Source: Paramecium tetraurelia (taxonomy: Eukaryota). From it: 64,000 bases of DNA. Under the pieces are notes generated by a model. The model was not told the DNA's origin. It did no database searches and was given only the letters and a program-made list of their open reading frames with translations. Numbering within the stretch: position 1 is the first letter of the stretch; each line of letters opens with the position of its first letter. Positions 1-13,430 of the stretch are shown in pieces. The translations under genes were made by a program, and so were the position numbers. The stretch spans positions 186,001 through 250,000 of the forward strand of contig CT868670.1 of assembly GCA_000165425.1 (NCBI GenBank), read 5' to 3'.

Positions 1-2826
1 TTGGATTACACAACAACACAATATCAACACTTTACAAAAAGCAAATCAAATAAATATCAGTTCCAAGGACGATTGGTTTTATAAATTTAATTTCATGTTT
101 ATATGTGTATCTTGATATCTTTTATGTAAGATCTAATTAGACTTGAGCTTGTTTTTTATCCTTTTTCGAAATCAATAATGGAACATGAGTAGTGGGAGAG
201 AGTTGTTCTTACTCCATGAATTCTGCGAAACTCATACTCTTTAAGATGATATAAGTTTGATTGTCAACCTAAAAGCTCATTTGTTCTTTCAATGCTCCTA
301 TTGGTACTATTGTTTATTTATAACTAATGTTATTATCAAATTAGATCAGTTCTTCTATTTTCATTTATTGTTACAAGGTTTAGATGTTCCCCTTTTTGTC
401 CTTATATTTGATCTAAATGTTTTCTTGTTTACAATCCTCCAATTAAGCAAGGAAATCTAATAAAGCAGAAGTAGAATCATTTTTATTAAATAACTAAGAA
501 GTGCATTAGGATTCATTGAGTACTTTGATTATGACTTCTCTTAGATTGTTGATTTATTCGATATCTGTTTCCAATTCATTCTGGAAATCCAAATAAACTT
601 AAATATATTCCGTATTTTTAAACATTGAATTTTGCTATCTAAATTCCAAATTGTCATTTTAATAATAGATTTTAATTTAGTTATTATTAGTGTATTCTCT
701 ATTAATGGTATCTAAAATTGGTTATCCCTTATCAAGTAGCAATATTTAATCGAATTCAATTATTTTATTAGAGTAGGTCTTAATAATGACTAATACTTTG
801 TTGTCTACTATACTTTTATTTTCTTTAGAATTCTTGCCTCCTCCAATTTGAGGCATTAAATCTAATTTGATTTTATCAACTCCAAAATAATTGTTAATGA
901 GTATTTGATCTTCGAAATTAGTAGAAAGTAACATTAATCCAAATAAGTAGATTTTATTAGCCAAATAGAATGACAGATTCTTTTGTGGTTGCATTTAAAT
1001 AACTGATTCCAAATTTGGTTTCAAATGTGATATTTTATACATTAATAAATGTAGATATTTTTTATCTACATTTATCTTTTCACTTAATTGATCAATGATC
1101 TATTGAACAGTTATTATTTTAGGAATAAGTAAAGGTGTTGTATATTAATCAAAGAATTCTTCAATGACATTTTAATCAATAGATTAATTTAAGGCAGATT
1201 TATGAAAAATGATACCTGTTTTCATTTGCTAACATTGATTCTGATTCAAATGATTGATAGTGAATATATTTGTTTAAATGAAGTGTCTTTATTCAAATTG
1301 GGTGTCATTATACAACTGCTCTTACTTCAGAATCCACTCTGGGAAAACCTTTGGACTTACTAGAATATCTGGTAAATTTGCTTTGATATAAACCAACATA
1401 TAAGCAGTTTCAGGATTATTCTTTTTTTTAGTGATGATTTCATCCAAATCTCCATCATAATCAGCTTGGGTATACTGTCCACCGAAGTTATTCTGGAATA
1501 CTTCTTATTTAGTAGCTCTGGTAACTATTTTATCATCGAATTTGAACCATTCTTAAGAGTTTTGGGTAGGTCTTATATAACAGTAATAATGACCATGGTT
1601 AATTGCTTCACCTCTATGTACTAAAACAGCGTACAGTTAATAGATCTCATCTACTTAATTGATTAAGTACTATTTGAAATTGATTTCATCATCATATTAG
1701 AAGTAATCATGAATCTTTGTAAATCCTTGTCCATCAAATTGATATCTCTTTAAATTTATGAGTAAAATTGGAGGCAATTTCTTAAATCTATGATATTTGA
1801 TTGCTTCCTGTTTACCATACACATCATGAGTATAAGCATCCAATTATTCAGATTAGATGAACAACTCAAGAGATTCATTCAGAGAATTGGTGATATTCAA
1901 AGAGATGTCCATAAACTATTCAGAATTTGAATTGTCAAACTTCTCATTCTTTATGTGATTCTCCAACTCTCCTTGAAATAGTTCATTAATGTCTTTCTCT
2001 ATTTCAGGCACCTTTATACACATAGCTTTGAGAAGTTCCATGATGAATTCTTAAACATCCTATTAAAGAGCTTATTGATCTTTGTCCCATTTGAATGACT
2101 TAATGATTTCTTATGTCGAAATGGCTATCTAACTGTGTCTTAGATTGTAGAACAGGGCTTGTAACTATAAATAATCTTAAGAATAATTTACTGTGCATGG
2201 AAACTAATTGTACTAGTCAGACTTTATTGAATAGACCAGTTTCTCAAATATACCCAGATGAAATAGAATCTAAAATACACTATTCATATAACAGGTAGCT
2301 GAGTTATTGATTATACCTGTATATCCTACTTCATCCCGACTATTGTATTTTGGTGCTAGTTCTATAAGAATTTCATTCTGCAAACACAATTGTTATTCCT
2401 TGACTTTTTGAGTGAGTTAGAGTTTTAGAAGATTGTCCTTTGGTTCTATTTTGATGTCTTTTTATTTTTTTGTTTTTTTGCTCTAAATTGAACTTGATAA
2501 TTTATAAATTTTTCTAGGGAAACTATTATTAAATTATACGAGTGATCCAATTATTGGCTAACAGGTTTACAGCTAACAAAAATACTTGCATTATCAGCCT
2601 TATTTTCAAATTCTATCTAGATATCAAATTCACTCCCATCCTTAGCATGACAACTATATTGCAGTCTATTTTTCTCATCTTCAAATCTAATTTAGGAAAG
2701 TGGTGGGATCAATACAAATCTCTTTGTTTTATTGATTGGCATTTCAAATTCTTAACTTATGGTCACTTCTTATACTAAATTCTAGCTTTTACTTTTCATT
2801 TCTGATTATTGGGCATCATCTTGCAT
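1..2826 (-). CDS. Ubiquitin carboxyl-terminal hydrolase (USP7-like, peptidase C19), 3' end beyond the window edge
   Basis: Ciliate-code ORF from ATG at 2826. Cys box GYTGIINNSATCYMNS (~2280-2330), QQDVQEF, and His box YAVLVHRGEAINHGHYYCYIRP...WFKFDD (~1535-1640). The frame still looks coding at position 1. Confidence 0.9.
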
Positions 2827-3055
2827 TTTATTTGAATATATATATTTATATGAACACAGATTCTTAACTTTAATATGATTATTTCTGAATAAAATACGAT
2901 GGTGCTTCTAAATTCAATTATATATTTAAAATACCTTTTTAGACAACCCTTAAGTCCAGACTATGACATTCTGAAATGTCCAAGCCCAATCAATTCATTC
3001 TAATAACTATTACATCAATTTAAAATATTATAAAATCAATTAACAAAAAATGTTA

Positions 3056-4778
3056 TCATTGTTAGAGTGGTTAAAACAATGAAATAATAAGTGAAATAAT
3101 AATAAGACAATTGCTTCTTCAGCTAGAATCTATCAATAATAATACTATTAATTTACTTTAATATTACAGACAATAACAAAGTCGATGCCATATTTAAAAG
3201 CGAGAAAATCAAAAGCAATTAAATAATTAATGTGGTCTATGGATTAATTAGATGTGAATTGGCTTCATCTGAAATGAACAAAGGAAACTAGATATTGGTG
3301 CCATTCCAAGTTTATTTCAACAAGGCAATCCCGAACCCCACATTTAAATTGAAGAATGCTCCTGCGAAACAACCTGTTATGGCCATAATACCTAATCCCA
3401 TCTTAGCTAATTGTGTATTTACTAAGAAATCACAAGCAGAATTCCCAAAAGCAAGGAAGGTCATACCTAAATATGAAGGACTGATTCCAGTTAGAGTTTG
3501 GATTAACTATTAACCTAGATCTATGCAAAGGAATTACCACAATGAAATCAACAAGGACTTCCACTATTAATTTACACCACACAATAGAACAAATGGCACT
3601 CCAAATGGTTAAAGCCTAATTGATTAAAGAGTATTATACTATAAAAGGTATTTAATGACAATAATGATATACTGCCAAAATGAGTGCTATGCATACTACA
3701 TATAGCCAAAGAGGTTGATCAAATAATAATGAATCATAAATATCTAAGACAAGTAGCAATAATAATGGAGTGAATAACAATTAAATGGAAGTTTTAATTT
3801 TGTTTTATTATTTCTTACCTTCTGTGTACTTACTAATTAAATCGAAACCCATTGTTAAAATAGTCTATAACTTTTGAAATGGTGATTGTTTGGAAAAGGC
3901 AATGACAACTTGTTCTTCATCCTCGTCATCACAACTTTCAGTTAGATATAGATTGACTTGCTGTTCTTCAAATTCTAATGATTGTTATTCATTTCCAAAA
4001 TATTTGAAAGGTTTAACCTCATCAATTTATTATGGCTATTGATACTCTTCTTCTGAGAGTAAACCTTATTGTTCCTCATGGTGTTCTTACTTCTTGATTA
4101 TTTATAAATTCTCTTGACAATGTTTGATTTCTGATTTTTCATTTAACATAACAACAAATATGTACATTATATATAATGAAACAAAAAGAATTGAAAATTG
4201 ATTGGAGATATATCCAATATAGCCAAACGTGATAATAGATCCTATTCCCAGAATATTAAATATTAGATCTCTTGTTAAAGATACTTTGTTCACTAATATA
4301 TGTTTTGAATAATATAAGACTGATCCTAAAACGAATGTAGTCATGAACAACCCACTACCAAAAATGCTACCAACTGCAATCAAAACACCTTGGTCATCTT
4401 CTCCTGTTGCAATAATCGCTGTTATTACATCTGGTGCTCCATTGGCTAAGGCTATGAGTGTAATTCTGCTTTTATTTATTGATAATACCCTGAGAGTGTT
4501 TGCGATAATTTAAAATATTTGGCAATGTGGGCAACAGCAGGAGACAAATAATTTTCGGCTGTTTTTGATAACAAGTTGAACATCACAAAGAAAAAGAATG
4601 GCTATATATTGATTGAGAGATTTACAATGAAGATCAACACTAGAATGTAGTTTTCATCAAATTGACAATAGAAAAGTTGAGTGAAAGCTATTTTGGATTG
4701 ATTATTGCAATTAGTTTAAACATATAAGCATCTGTCACTCGATTCTTAAATATTCTCATATTTGCATAAATTATCCAT
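3056..4778 (-). CDS. Cation/Ca2+ exchanger (CCX/NCLX-like, Na/Ca exchanger superfamily)
   Basis: Starts MDNLCKYENIQESSDRCLYVQTNC. Alpha-1 repeat LIALANGAPDV plus GSIFGSGLF, alpha-2 repeat GMTFLAFGNSACDF, many TM segments, tiny introns, TGA at 3056. Confidence 0.88.
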
Positions 4779-4873
4779 ATTTTAATATCTTCAGCAATTA
4801 ATTATAGTTTGAACAAACAATCGAATTAATTTTAAATTCTTCCTCAATAAATAAATAATATTAAGACTTATTT

Positions 4874-5874
4874 ATGGCAAGTCCTATAGATTTCAATCTA
4901 AACCAAATGCAAGTAGACTTCATCTTAGATAAAATGCCAAAGGGATTCTCTTTATTGTAAGCTAGTCTATTAAAAGCTCGAGAATAGAGAGTGGTAAGAA
5001 ATCGGTCCCTTATAAGTCTCTAGTCCAAGAAAGTAAATAAATATGATGCCTCTTTCCAATCTAATAAATAAGAAGTAGTGGAAGACAAAAGTAAAAGAAT
5101 CCAAAGGCAAACATCAACTTCCCAAAAAGAATCACGCAAACCATAGATGGATGATAGTAACATTAAAAAAGGATTGCACTTACTCTAGATGTTTAAATCT
5201 CATCCTGCATTTACATAAATTGATGCTTAAGGGTAAATTAATATCGATAAAATTGAAGCTTATTTCTTATAGGAAGGTATTGCTTACTAGTAATTAAAAG
5301 GTAACTTGATTGACTTGAAGAATGAAATTAAACAAACATTGCAAAAATTACATTAAAATGCCTCCAATCAAATTTAGGATTTAGTTGCTTAATTAGAAAT
5401 CCACTTTTATAATGTCTTTAAACCAATTTCAAATCAATCAAAGCCAACACCTGTTTAAAATAAGTAAGATTTATCTATCACACCTCTAGAAACACTCTAA
5501 ATAAAACTATCCCTCACAAATCTAAAGATGCTTAAAGTTCAAAGAAACAAGACTAGATCATTATTACATTTGAAGAGAAAAGATAATTGGGTTAACATAT
5601 AAGGGATTTGCCTTCAGAGCATTTAAAAGGAGTTTGGGAGATTGTTCAATAAACCGTTCAAACCAGAGAGGATGAAGAACTTGAATTTGATATTGATGTA
5701 TTACCTCCGAAGATTATTAGAAAACTATAAGAATATGTCAAAAATAAATTGTAATCTATCTATTTTCATTTTAACAGGAAAACAAAGAAAGTGAAGGTTG
5801 ACCCTTCTATTAATTAAAGCTCATAGAGATCCTTAAATCACGATAGTTCTTTTGCTTCTGAGTCTTTTGAATGA
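4874..5874 (+). CDS. ET (NET/extraterminal) domain protein with an upstream degenerate bromodomain-like helical region
   Basis: TFEEKRQLGQHIRDLPSEHLKGVWEIVQ...EELEFDIDVLPPKIIRKLQEYV (~5566-5745) matches the BET-family ET consensus. One intron at ~5751-5777, TGA at 5872. Confidence 0.8.
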
Positions 5875-6011
5875 GAATATAATTATAATATCATTATAAC
5901 CATTAATATTCAAAATTTGTAATTTTGAATAAATTTAATTATTCAACTTATTCTATATTATGTTTACAATTTAACTCAATAAATTTCTATTTAAATTTCA
6001 ATATTAAAATT

Positions 6012-6792
6012 ATGATAACAATCCTATCTATTTCATTCCTAATCTCAATAACCTATTCATAATTCCTGAGACCAACTGAAGACACTTAAGTAGCAATCAA
6101 GTCTTGTGGAATTCAAGAATATCTACTTCCTAATATCTACCAAGTATAAGGAAGTGCATCAACCATTATGGAACCAACTCAAGCCACCATTACTTTGAAT
6201 ATTGAAGTTAAAAAAGTCCAAGCTTAAGAGGCACTCTAGTAATTGGCTAACATTTCAGACAAAGCCATCAAGTAATTATTATGTTATCTATTTCAGGGCT
6301 ATCAAGGAACAATCAAATAGTGATCTAAAGATTTAGACCAATGATTATTAGATTTAACCATATACAGAGTACGATTATACAGTAACTCCAGCAAATTTGA
6401 TCTTTAAAGGGTTCAAAGCCAACAGTTAACTCACTATTGAAACGCTAAATATCAGTGAAGTTGGAAAGTAAGAATTATTTGTATCCTAGAATCATCGATA
6501 TTGCTGTAAAAAATGGAGTTGAGACAGTCGTTGGTGTAAGTTTCGATATAAGCAAAGAACAAAAACGAAAAATTAAAGATAATTTGGTTGAGCATGCCAT
6601 TGAAGATGCTAGACATACTGTAAATATAAATATTCTATAAATTTAAAGGCTGATGTTGTTTTGAAAGAAATCAACATGAAAATCGTATCAGTTAAAAGTG
6701 TTGTTCTAAATGATGGCTACGGTTACGATTAGGTGGGCGTCCTTCAATAAACAGTGACAGTAGGATACGTAATAGCCTCTATAGATTAATGA
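6012..6792 (+). CDS. SIMPL/DUF541 domain protein with signal peptide
   Basis: Signal-like start MITILSISFLISITYS. Then VQGSASTIMEPTQATITLNIE and IIDIAVKNGVETVVGVSFDIS...LVEHAIEDARHTADVVL, typical of SIMPL. Three tiny introns (~6271-6295, 6468-6489, 6620-6648). Confidence 0.78.
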
Positions 6793-7455
6793 TTTCTATA
6801 AAATATAATAATATCTTATTTTCACTATTTTTAGTAAATTGATTAAAAATTTCTTTTTGAATATGAATTTTATAATACTCATTTAAATCTGATAAATTAA
6901 TGTTAATTATTCTTATTATGTAAATTATATTCATCAAGATTCTGAACTGCTACACAAATGTATAGATTTTGTAAGTAACTTTAAATATTGGACACAAAAT
7001 TAGAGTATTATAACATAACGAGTAAAACTTGTTATCTGACTAAATAATATCCTTATAAATACCTATTAGAGGCTAAATTCAATAATTTGAAACTATACAC
7101 ACCCTGATGTAAATTTGAATTGCTTATCGAAAATAAAAAAAATTAAGTATTCTTATACTAAATTTATTTATACAATTTTGTACAATAAATTGGAAAGACT
7201 AGAATTATAATAAAATGTAGATCGACGGAAATTAATAATATATATATGAATAATATTATAACAGAAAATATAAAACAGATTAGTAATATAATATGAAAGA
7301 CAAATTAATATTAAAAATAATGATCAGAATTATGAATGGGAATAATTAATAAAACTATGGAAGTAAATAATTAAGACTTGAAAGATAGAAATAAATATCG
7401 AGTTGCAATTACTAGAATTATTTTTTATCTGATGAATGTATGTATTTTAGATATA

Positions 7456-7887
7456 TCATTCGAAATCTCTACCGCATAATGGTTCGTTTTCCCAACAAGC
7501 AAAATTACCATTCCATCTACCTAAATTAGCATGTTTATTTCTGCTGTTAGTGACATAATTTAAATAGGGTTAGGTTCTAATTAGTAATGTTCATACTTAG
7601 GAGTTGTAAATGCATGTCCTTATCTTCTGTAATTTTAGAATTCATTGATCGCAATTCCAATAACAAATGCAGCACCGCAATACCACATTGACATATTTCG
7701 AATCAAACTAAGCGGAAATTGTATTGGATTAATACTTGGAAACAAGTAGATTTCTGAATGATGATCTCCAGACAAAATCAAAAGGGTTTTGAGTGATTCC
7801 ATGATTAAAATCTATAGGTACTCTATGATTTATGACTCTTCTTGAGAAATTGTACTTTCCTACGAAAAAGTTGGATGATTCACTCAT
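7456..7887 (-). CDS. Small 127-aa single-pass membrane protein, tentatively a mitochondrial respiratory-complex subunit (QCR8/UQCRQ-like, unconfirmed)
   Basis: Removing 28-nt and 20-nt GT..AG introns gives exactly 128 codons: MSESSNFFVGKYNFSRRVINHRVP...MWYCGAAFVIGIAINEFQNYRRQG...WENEPLCGRDFE*. The gene model is solid and the product name is inference. Confidence 0.7.
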
Positions 7888-8035
7888 TTATTTATTTAAT
7901 ATAAAATAATTAGCTAATTTATATAAATTTCTAGATGAGGACATAAGAGAGCCATTTCAACAGAGATTAATATTTCTATATTTAAGTATAATTCTTGTTT
8001 GGGTTACTATTAATATAAATAATTTTATATTTTTA

Positions 8036-11000
8036 ATGAAGAAAATTAGACAATACACGGAAGAATATTTGAAATATTCAATTGGATATACATAGATAGC
8101 CCTATCATAGGATTATTAAACATTTTGGATAATAATTGAGATAATTGCATAAATACAAAGAATAGCGATGGTTTTTTTGTTCGAAGAGGTGTTACATATT
8201 CTTTAAGATAGAAGAAATATAGAAATAAATTATGTTTCAGATCAATGGGTATGCAAATTTATGTCTAAGACCTTTGTGCCTACTATTTTGATGGCAGATA
8301 TGTTTTCGAATAATTCAATAATTGCAATTTAAATAATTTTGCTTATTCTTTTATGTTCGCCTTTAATAGCAATTGCAATATTCATTGAGTATGAGAAATC
8401 AAAGTTTGCCACCATCTAATTCAAATCCCAAGTAGGAGGACCGGATAATTCGAATCGTAATTATTGGGTTAATTTTATTAGTTTCAATTAATCTTTTAAA
8501 CAGATCTTATAATATGTCGAATTTTATTGAAAACTTTTTGTATTAATAGTTGATGGGAAATGATTAACGATCATGGTTAAATGTGGTTCGGAACTTTTTA
8601 GCTAAATTGTTGAATACATACCCTCACATATTCACTATACCTTTAATGTATTGGAATCTCTTAGTGGTGTTGTTGGTGATTTTTGATGTTGAAATATCAA
8701 CTAATTAGAAATTATTCATGGTTGTTTTAGATACTCTTACAACCATTGAAATGATAGTCTTGTGGACATTTTCAATGATTGCTCAAAGGAGTTATACGAT
8801 GTTTGATAATAATCATCTAAGAATATAATAGTCGACCTGGTTCAATATATCCTAAGTAGTGAAGTTCATGCCTATTATAGTTTAATTCATTTACTTTCTC
8901 TATTCAGAGTCCTAATATGATTAGAATATATAGATCTTAATAACATCAATTATCTAAATTAATTTGATAGGAGATTTATTGGATTTTTTTATTTCCATTC
9001 CCTATATGTTAGAATATAAGCAAAATATATCCTTTTTATGCTTGAGTGCTTCCTTGACAATATCCCTTTCTCATTAATTTTAGTTGACATAAATGTAACT
9101 CTTTTCTATGTGTCTTATTTGTATTCCAATTTTAACAAAGATGATTAAAGTCATATTCAATTATGTCATTCAATAAATATTTGATTAACAGTTGTATATG
9201 GAAAAGAAAAAAACTAAACAGCAAAAACGTTCAAGTTCAAGAAGATCCTAATTTGTGGAAGATGACTTGCAACCATTTGTGATAGAAAAGGAGATGTAGG
9301 AAATCAAAAAATAATAAATAGAAGCTTTAAAAAATCAGCATTTTCGATACTTTGTTCATTATTTAAGATACATATCCTTTTTTAGATTGTCAGATCAATA
9401 ATCATTGGATAAATATTCTAAAATTGATAACATAAAAAAATCAAATTTCTTGATTAAGATTATTGTTCTTATTAAATCTCATGTTCAAAATTGTACCAGT
9501 GTGTATTGCTATTGTAAGGGATTTAGAGGAGAAAGGAGATAAGTGATGGATAGTCGAAAGAATAAGGTTGAAATGAAAATTTATAACTCTATCTAAGTTA
9601 ACAATATTTATCTTCAAATAGAATTGGTAGAAAGATACATTAGACATTTCACTAAATATGTTTTCGAAATAGAAAATAATGAAAAGAATCCAAATATCTT
9701 TAGATTATCACAATTACTATTATATATATGTGACTCTGAAGAATGTTATTAAGTTATGACATTTATAATGGACTATAAATAAAGAAACATCAAAAACACT
9801 TCAATGTTGAATGAAGTCACTCTTACACTTATTATTTGTTTGGTCAAACATAAAGTTTTATAAAAGATGAAACATAATTTAACTTAAGACGAAGTAGAAA
9901 TTGGAATAAGATATAAAAACTATAGAATCACTGAAATCAGAAGAGATCAAATTTTAAATCGTATCTTCAATAACATAGATTAAAAAATCAAATTTATTAA
10001 AAGTCTACTTGAATAGAAAATGAACTTTCAATAATTGTTTTAATCACTGGTTCTACATGTTCGAAATATGACAAAAACACAAAAGGAAATAGAAGTTTTT
10101 TAAAAATATTCTAATTGTAGGACATCTATTTTATTACATATGTTTTATACACTTGAAGTTACATGTGATTTTGATAAATTTGTTAGATTGAGAAATTCCT
10201 TAAAAACCAAGAATTACAAATTTTTTGAATATCCATCAATAAGTGCAAATACATCTTCAGTCTAGGGATTCCAAGTACTCTATCTAAAGACCAATTTGGC
10301 CAGACATTCAATAAATGGAAAATTTTTTAGAGGCTAAATTATGGATTTTTCAAATAATGCACCTTCTCTTTTGGGATACGAACCAAAAGAATTTAAACAA
10401 ACTATTCAAACAGTACATCAAATAGTTACTCCAAATTTGGCTACATATCATGATTAATTACTAGAAATTTTCTTTCTTACAAATAAGCCTCCAATTATTC
10501 GCAAAAGAAGGCCACTCATTATGTAAAAGAAATTTAGAGAATTAGTGTTTTGTGAGATGTACCTTGATCTTTCATTTAACATATGTGAAGATGCCTTTCC
10601 TATTTATTGCTTTCTTAAATAGATTGTGCCCTATGGAAAGTATGAAAATATCAAAGGGCATATTGTGATTTCTGATACATTTAAAATCTAAGGAATATCA
10701 AATTTAGCTTTAGAACAATTAAAAATTAAAATTAATGACTATTATAATAAAGGCATCGAGGAAATTATTCCCAATTTTTCACATTATGTTGAATAATTGT
10801 AACATTAATATTAAAAGTACCAAGATGAGGAAATTATTAGAGAGGAGAATGGTTCAATCAGCAATAAATTTGATTATCAATAATAAGAGCGATTGCTCAT
10901 TCATTTTACAATTGAAGTTGAATAACTGACATTTATCATCCCTAAATTTGATTCTCAATCAGAGATATATTATGCAAACTGTTCAATTATAATGTCAATA

Positions 11001-13379
11001 GGTTTTATACATACCAAAGTTTATCAGGCTTATTTAATATCGATGAAGAAGATTACTATGGCAGAAAATTAATCGAATTCTTAAATGTTTGATGTTTTTA
11101 AAAAGGGATCATCTTAAGCCTCTCTAAATCCTCTAAGATTAGATTCCATATAAGGATTAATAGATTTAAAAAGTGATAGTGGAGACATTTCAGATTTAGT
11201 ATAGATAGAGTACACATAAAATGAAATGAATAATATATAAGATTATTAGTTGCCTTAAATATATTCGAATTTTTAAACTCCTTTAGATTCCAGTAGATTA
11301 ATACTTACTTCCTAAAGAGGCCACAATGAGTAATTATAAATTAATGTGATTGAATCTCACAATAGTCAAATAATTGAAAATGATATTAAAAGTTTATAAA
11401 AAGGTTAGACTAATTAGAAAACTAATACAAATACAAATAACAAAAAACCATAATAATAATAAAAAGATTAACAAGAATTTTTTGAGGTTAACGTTGGACG
11501 CTAAAAGATGTCTGAAATTGAAATTTTGGATGAAGTTTCTGGTAATGGAGTCTAAAAAGTTCATTAAACTGACACCCATTTTTAATAGCATGGCAATAAA
11601 GACAATTCAGCTATTATATAAAAATCATAATTATATAATAAATTCTCAAAAAAAGGCAATATTCCTAAATTGGTCAAGGTTGTATTGGCTGTGGATGTTT
11701 GTAATTTATTCATAATTTTGCTATTGTCTCAATTGTTTTATTTACTTTATAAATCAAATATGGCTGAAAATAAAGAGATCTTAGAAGTGTTTGGACCTTT
11801 TACAACGGCAGATTTAATTCGAAATACTTTGTTGGGTCTTGGACATTTTTAAAACTCAAAAAACTCTACCCTTTAAAATGAAACTACTTAATTAATCACA
11901 GACAACATAAACCTCAGATTTGCATTATTTTAATAAGTCTCTTAAAAAAAGGTGGTTACTTCTACAATATCTGAAGCACAAATGAAGTTATATGACTATT
12001 TTTAAAAAGAATCACAAGATGTGAGTGCATGGACTGAAATGTTTTAGATTTGGTACCAGATGAGTAATTTTAAAGATTTTAATCCATAAGATTAACTATA
12101 TATGCAAAAATTTCACAAGACTATTCATATTTTACTTAATTCATTCTTTGATTACATAGACTAATACAAAATAATAACAGAAAAATTTAGTTTAAAGATA
12201 TAGAATAATCTAAATGATATTGTTTCATATTATTAGAGTGTAATTTCTTCTGTTGCTCTGGCAGTAGAAGTTGTTGTGATTGTCTGTTACTCAATTGCTT
12301 ATATGCACTTTTTCCGTCTTAAAAGGAGAATTCTCAGAAGTTCTGAATAAATACAAATTCAATCTTTAGAGGCAGAGAAAATTAGGTTATCAAATATACT
12401 ATATATTTACAAAAATGCAAGTGAATTAAATCTATACAAATATCAATTCAATTTTAGAAGTAAATTAAACCAAGAAAATTAGAATTTATCACAGTTTCAA
12501 AGTTTGAAATTTACAAATTATACAAAAACAGACTCTAAAAAATAATTTAAAATACAAGAGTAATAATATTCTTGTCTTTAACATCCTTTTGTATTTTATC
12601 CATTGATTGGAATATTTTTATGTTGTTTTTACTTAGAGTATACACTTATCACCAATTAGACCTACATTGAAAGGCTATCATAAAGACTAAATTAGTTCTC
12701 AGTCTACATTAATTACTGCCAAGAAGTAACTCAAATCTGTTATTGCGATTATGTAGTCTAAATTCAAGACAAATTGAAGGAAATTAATATAACTGATGAA
12801 CTCATACATACTTACAAAGATCAAGTTCAAGAGGCTTATGGAGAATTCTTACATTATGATGAATAATTTAAATATGGATATTCCGATTAAACATTAGATG
12901 TTTTAAATGATCTGATATAAAATACTTGTTCAGTGATCGTTAATCCATTATGTATAACTATTTTGAATGGGAAATTGACTGAAGGACTAATGTATTCCAT
13001 TTAATATTACTCAGATATGGTAAGAGATGATCTTAATTCATAATTTAAATTAAGTAAAAGATTCACAAGAGATGATTTAATAGGAATAAATTTTATTTCA
13101 TAGAGTTTGGAGAATTTATTCATAGAAATGAGAAACACATTAGAAAACGAAATCCAATCATAATTAAATGATAAATTCAGCTATTTCATGCTTTTCGAGA
13201 TAGTAACTGTCTTTATTTACTTTTTTTAAATAATATTCATATTTAGATTGCTAAGTTAAAAGTTTTTTGTTTGTAGATAATTACCATACCTATTGCCTCC
13301 TTAATCAATTTATGGAGAAGATAGTTTTCTAAAATCTTTATAATATATTGAAAAAATATATAATAATATTTTGCAATGA
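8036..13379 (+). CDS. Large multi-pass membrane protein with PAS domain (TmcB/TmcC-like)
   Basis: Long ciliate-code ORF with an N-terminal TM cluster, PAS-like GQIMDFSNNAPSLLGYEPKEF...VHQIVTPNLATYHDQLLENF (~10330-10480) and C-terminal TMs. TGA at 13377. Confidence 0.75.
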
Positions 13380-13430
13380 ACTATTATTAAATTAATAAAT
13401 TTCAATTTTATCAATTTGAATGATATAACA

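Noticed and set aside
6800..7450. Possible gene starting MLIILIMQIIFIK at 6900
   Set aside because: All frames hit TGA within about 75 codons and no consistent intron set was found.
7357..7761. Plus-strand ciliate-code ORF of ~134 codons
   Set aside because: It is the antisense shadow of the well-formed spliced minus-strand gene at 7456-7887.
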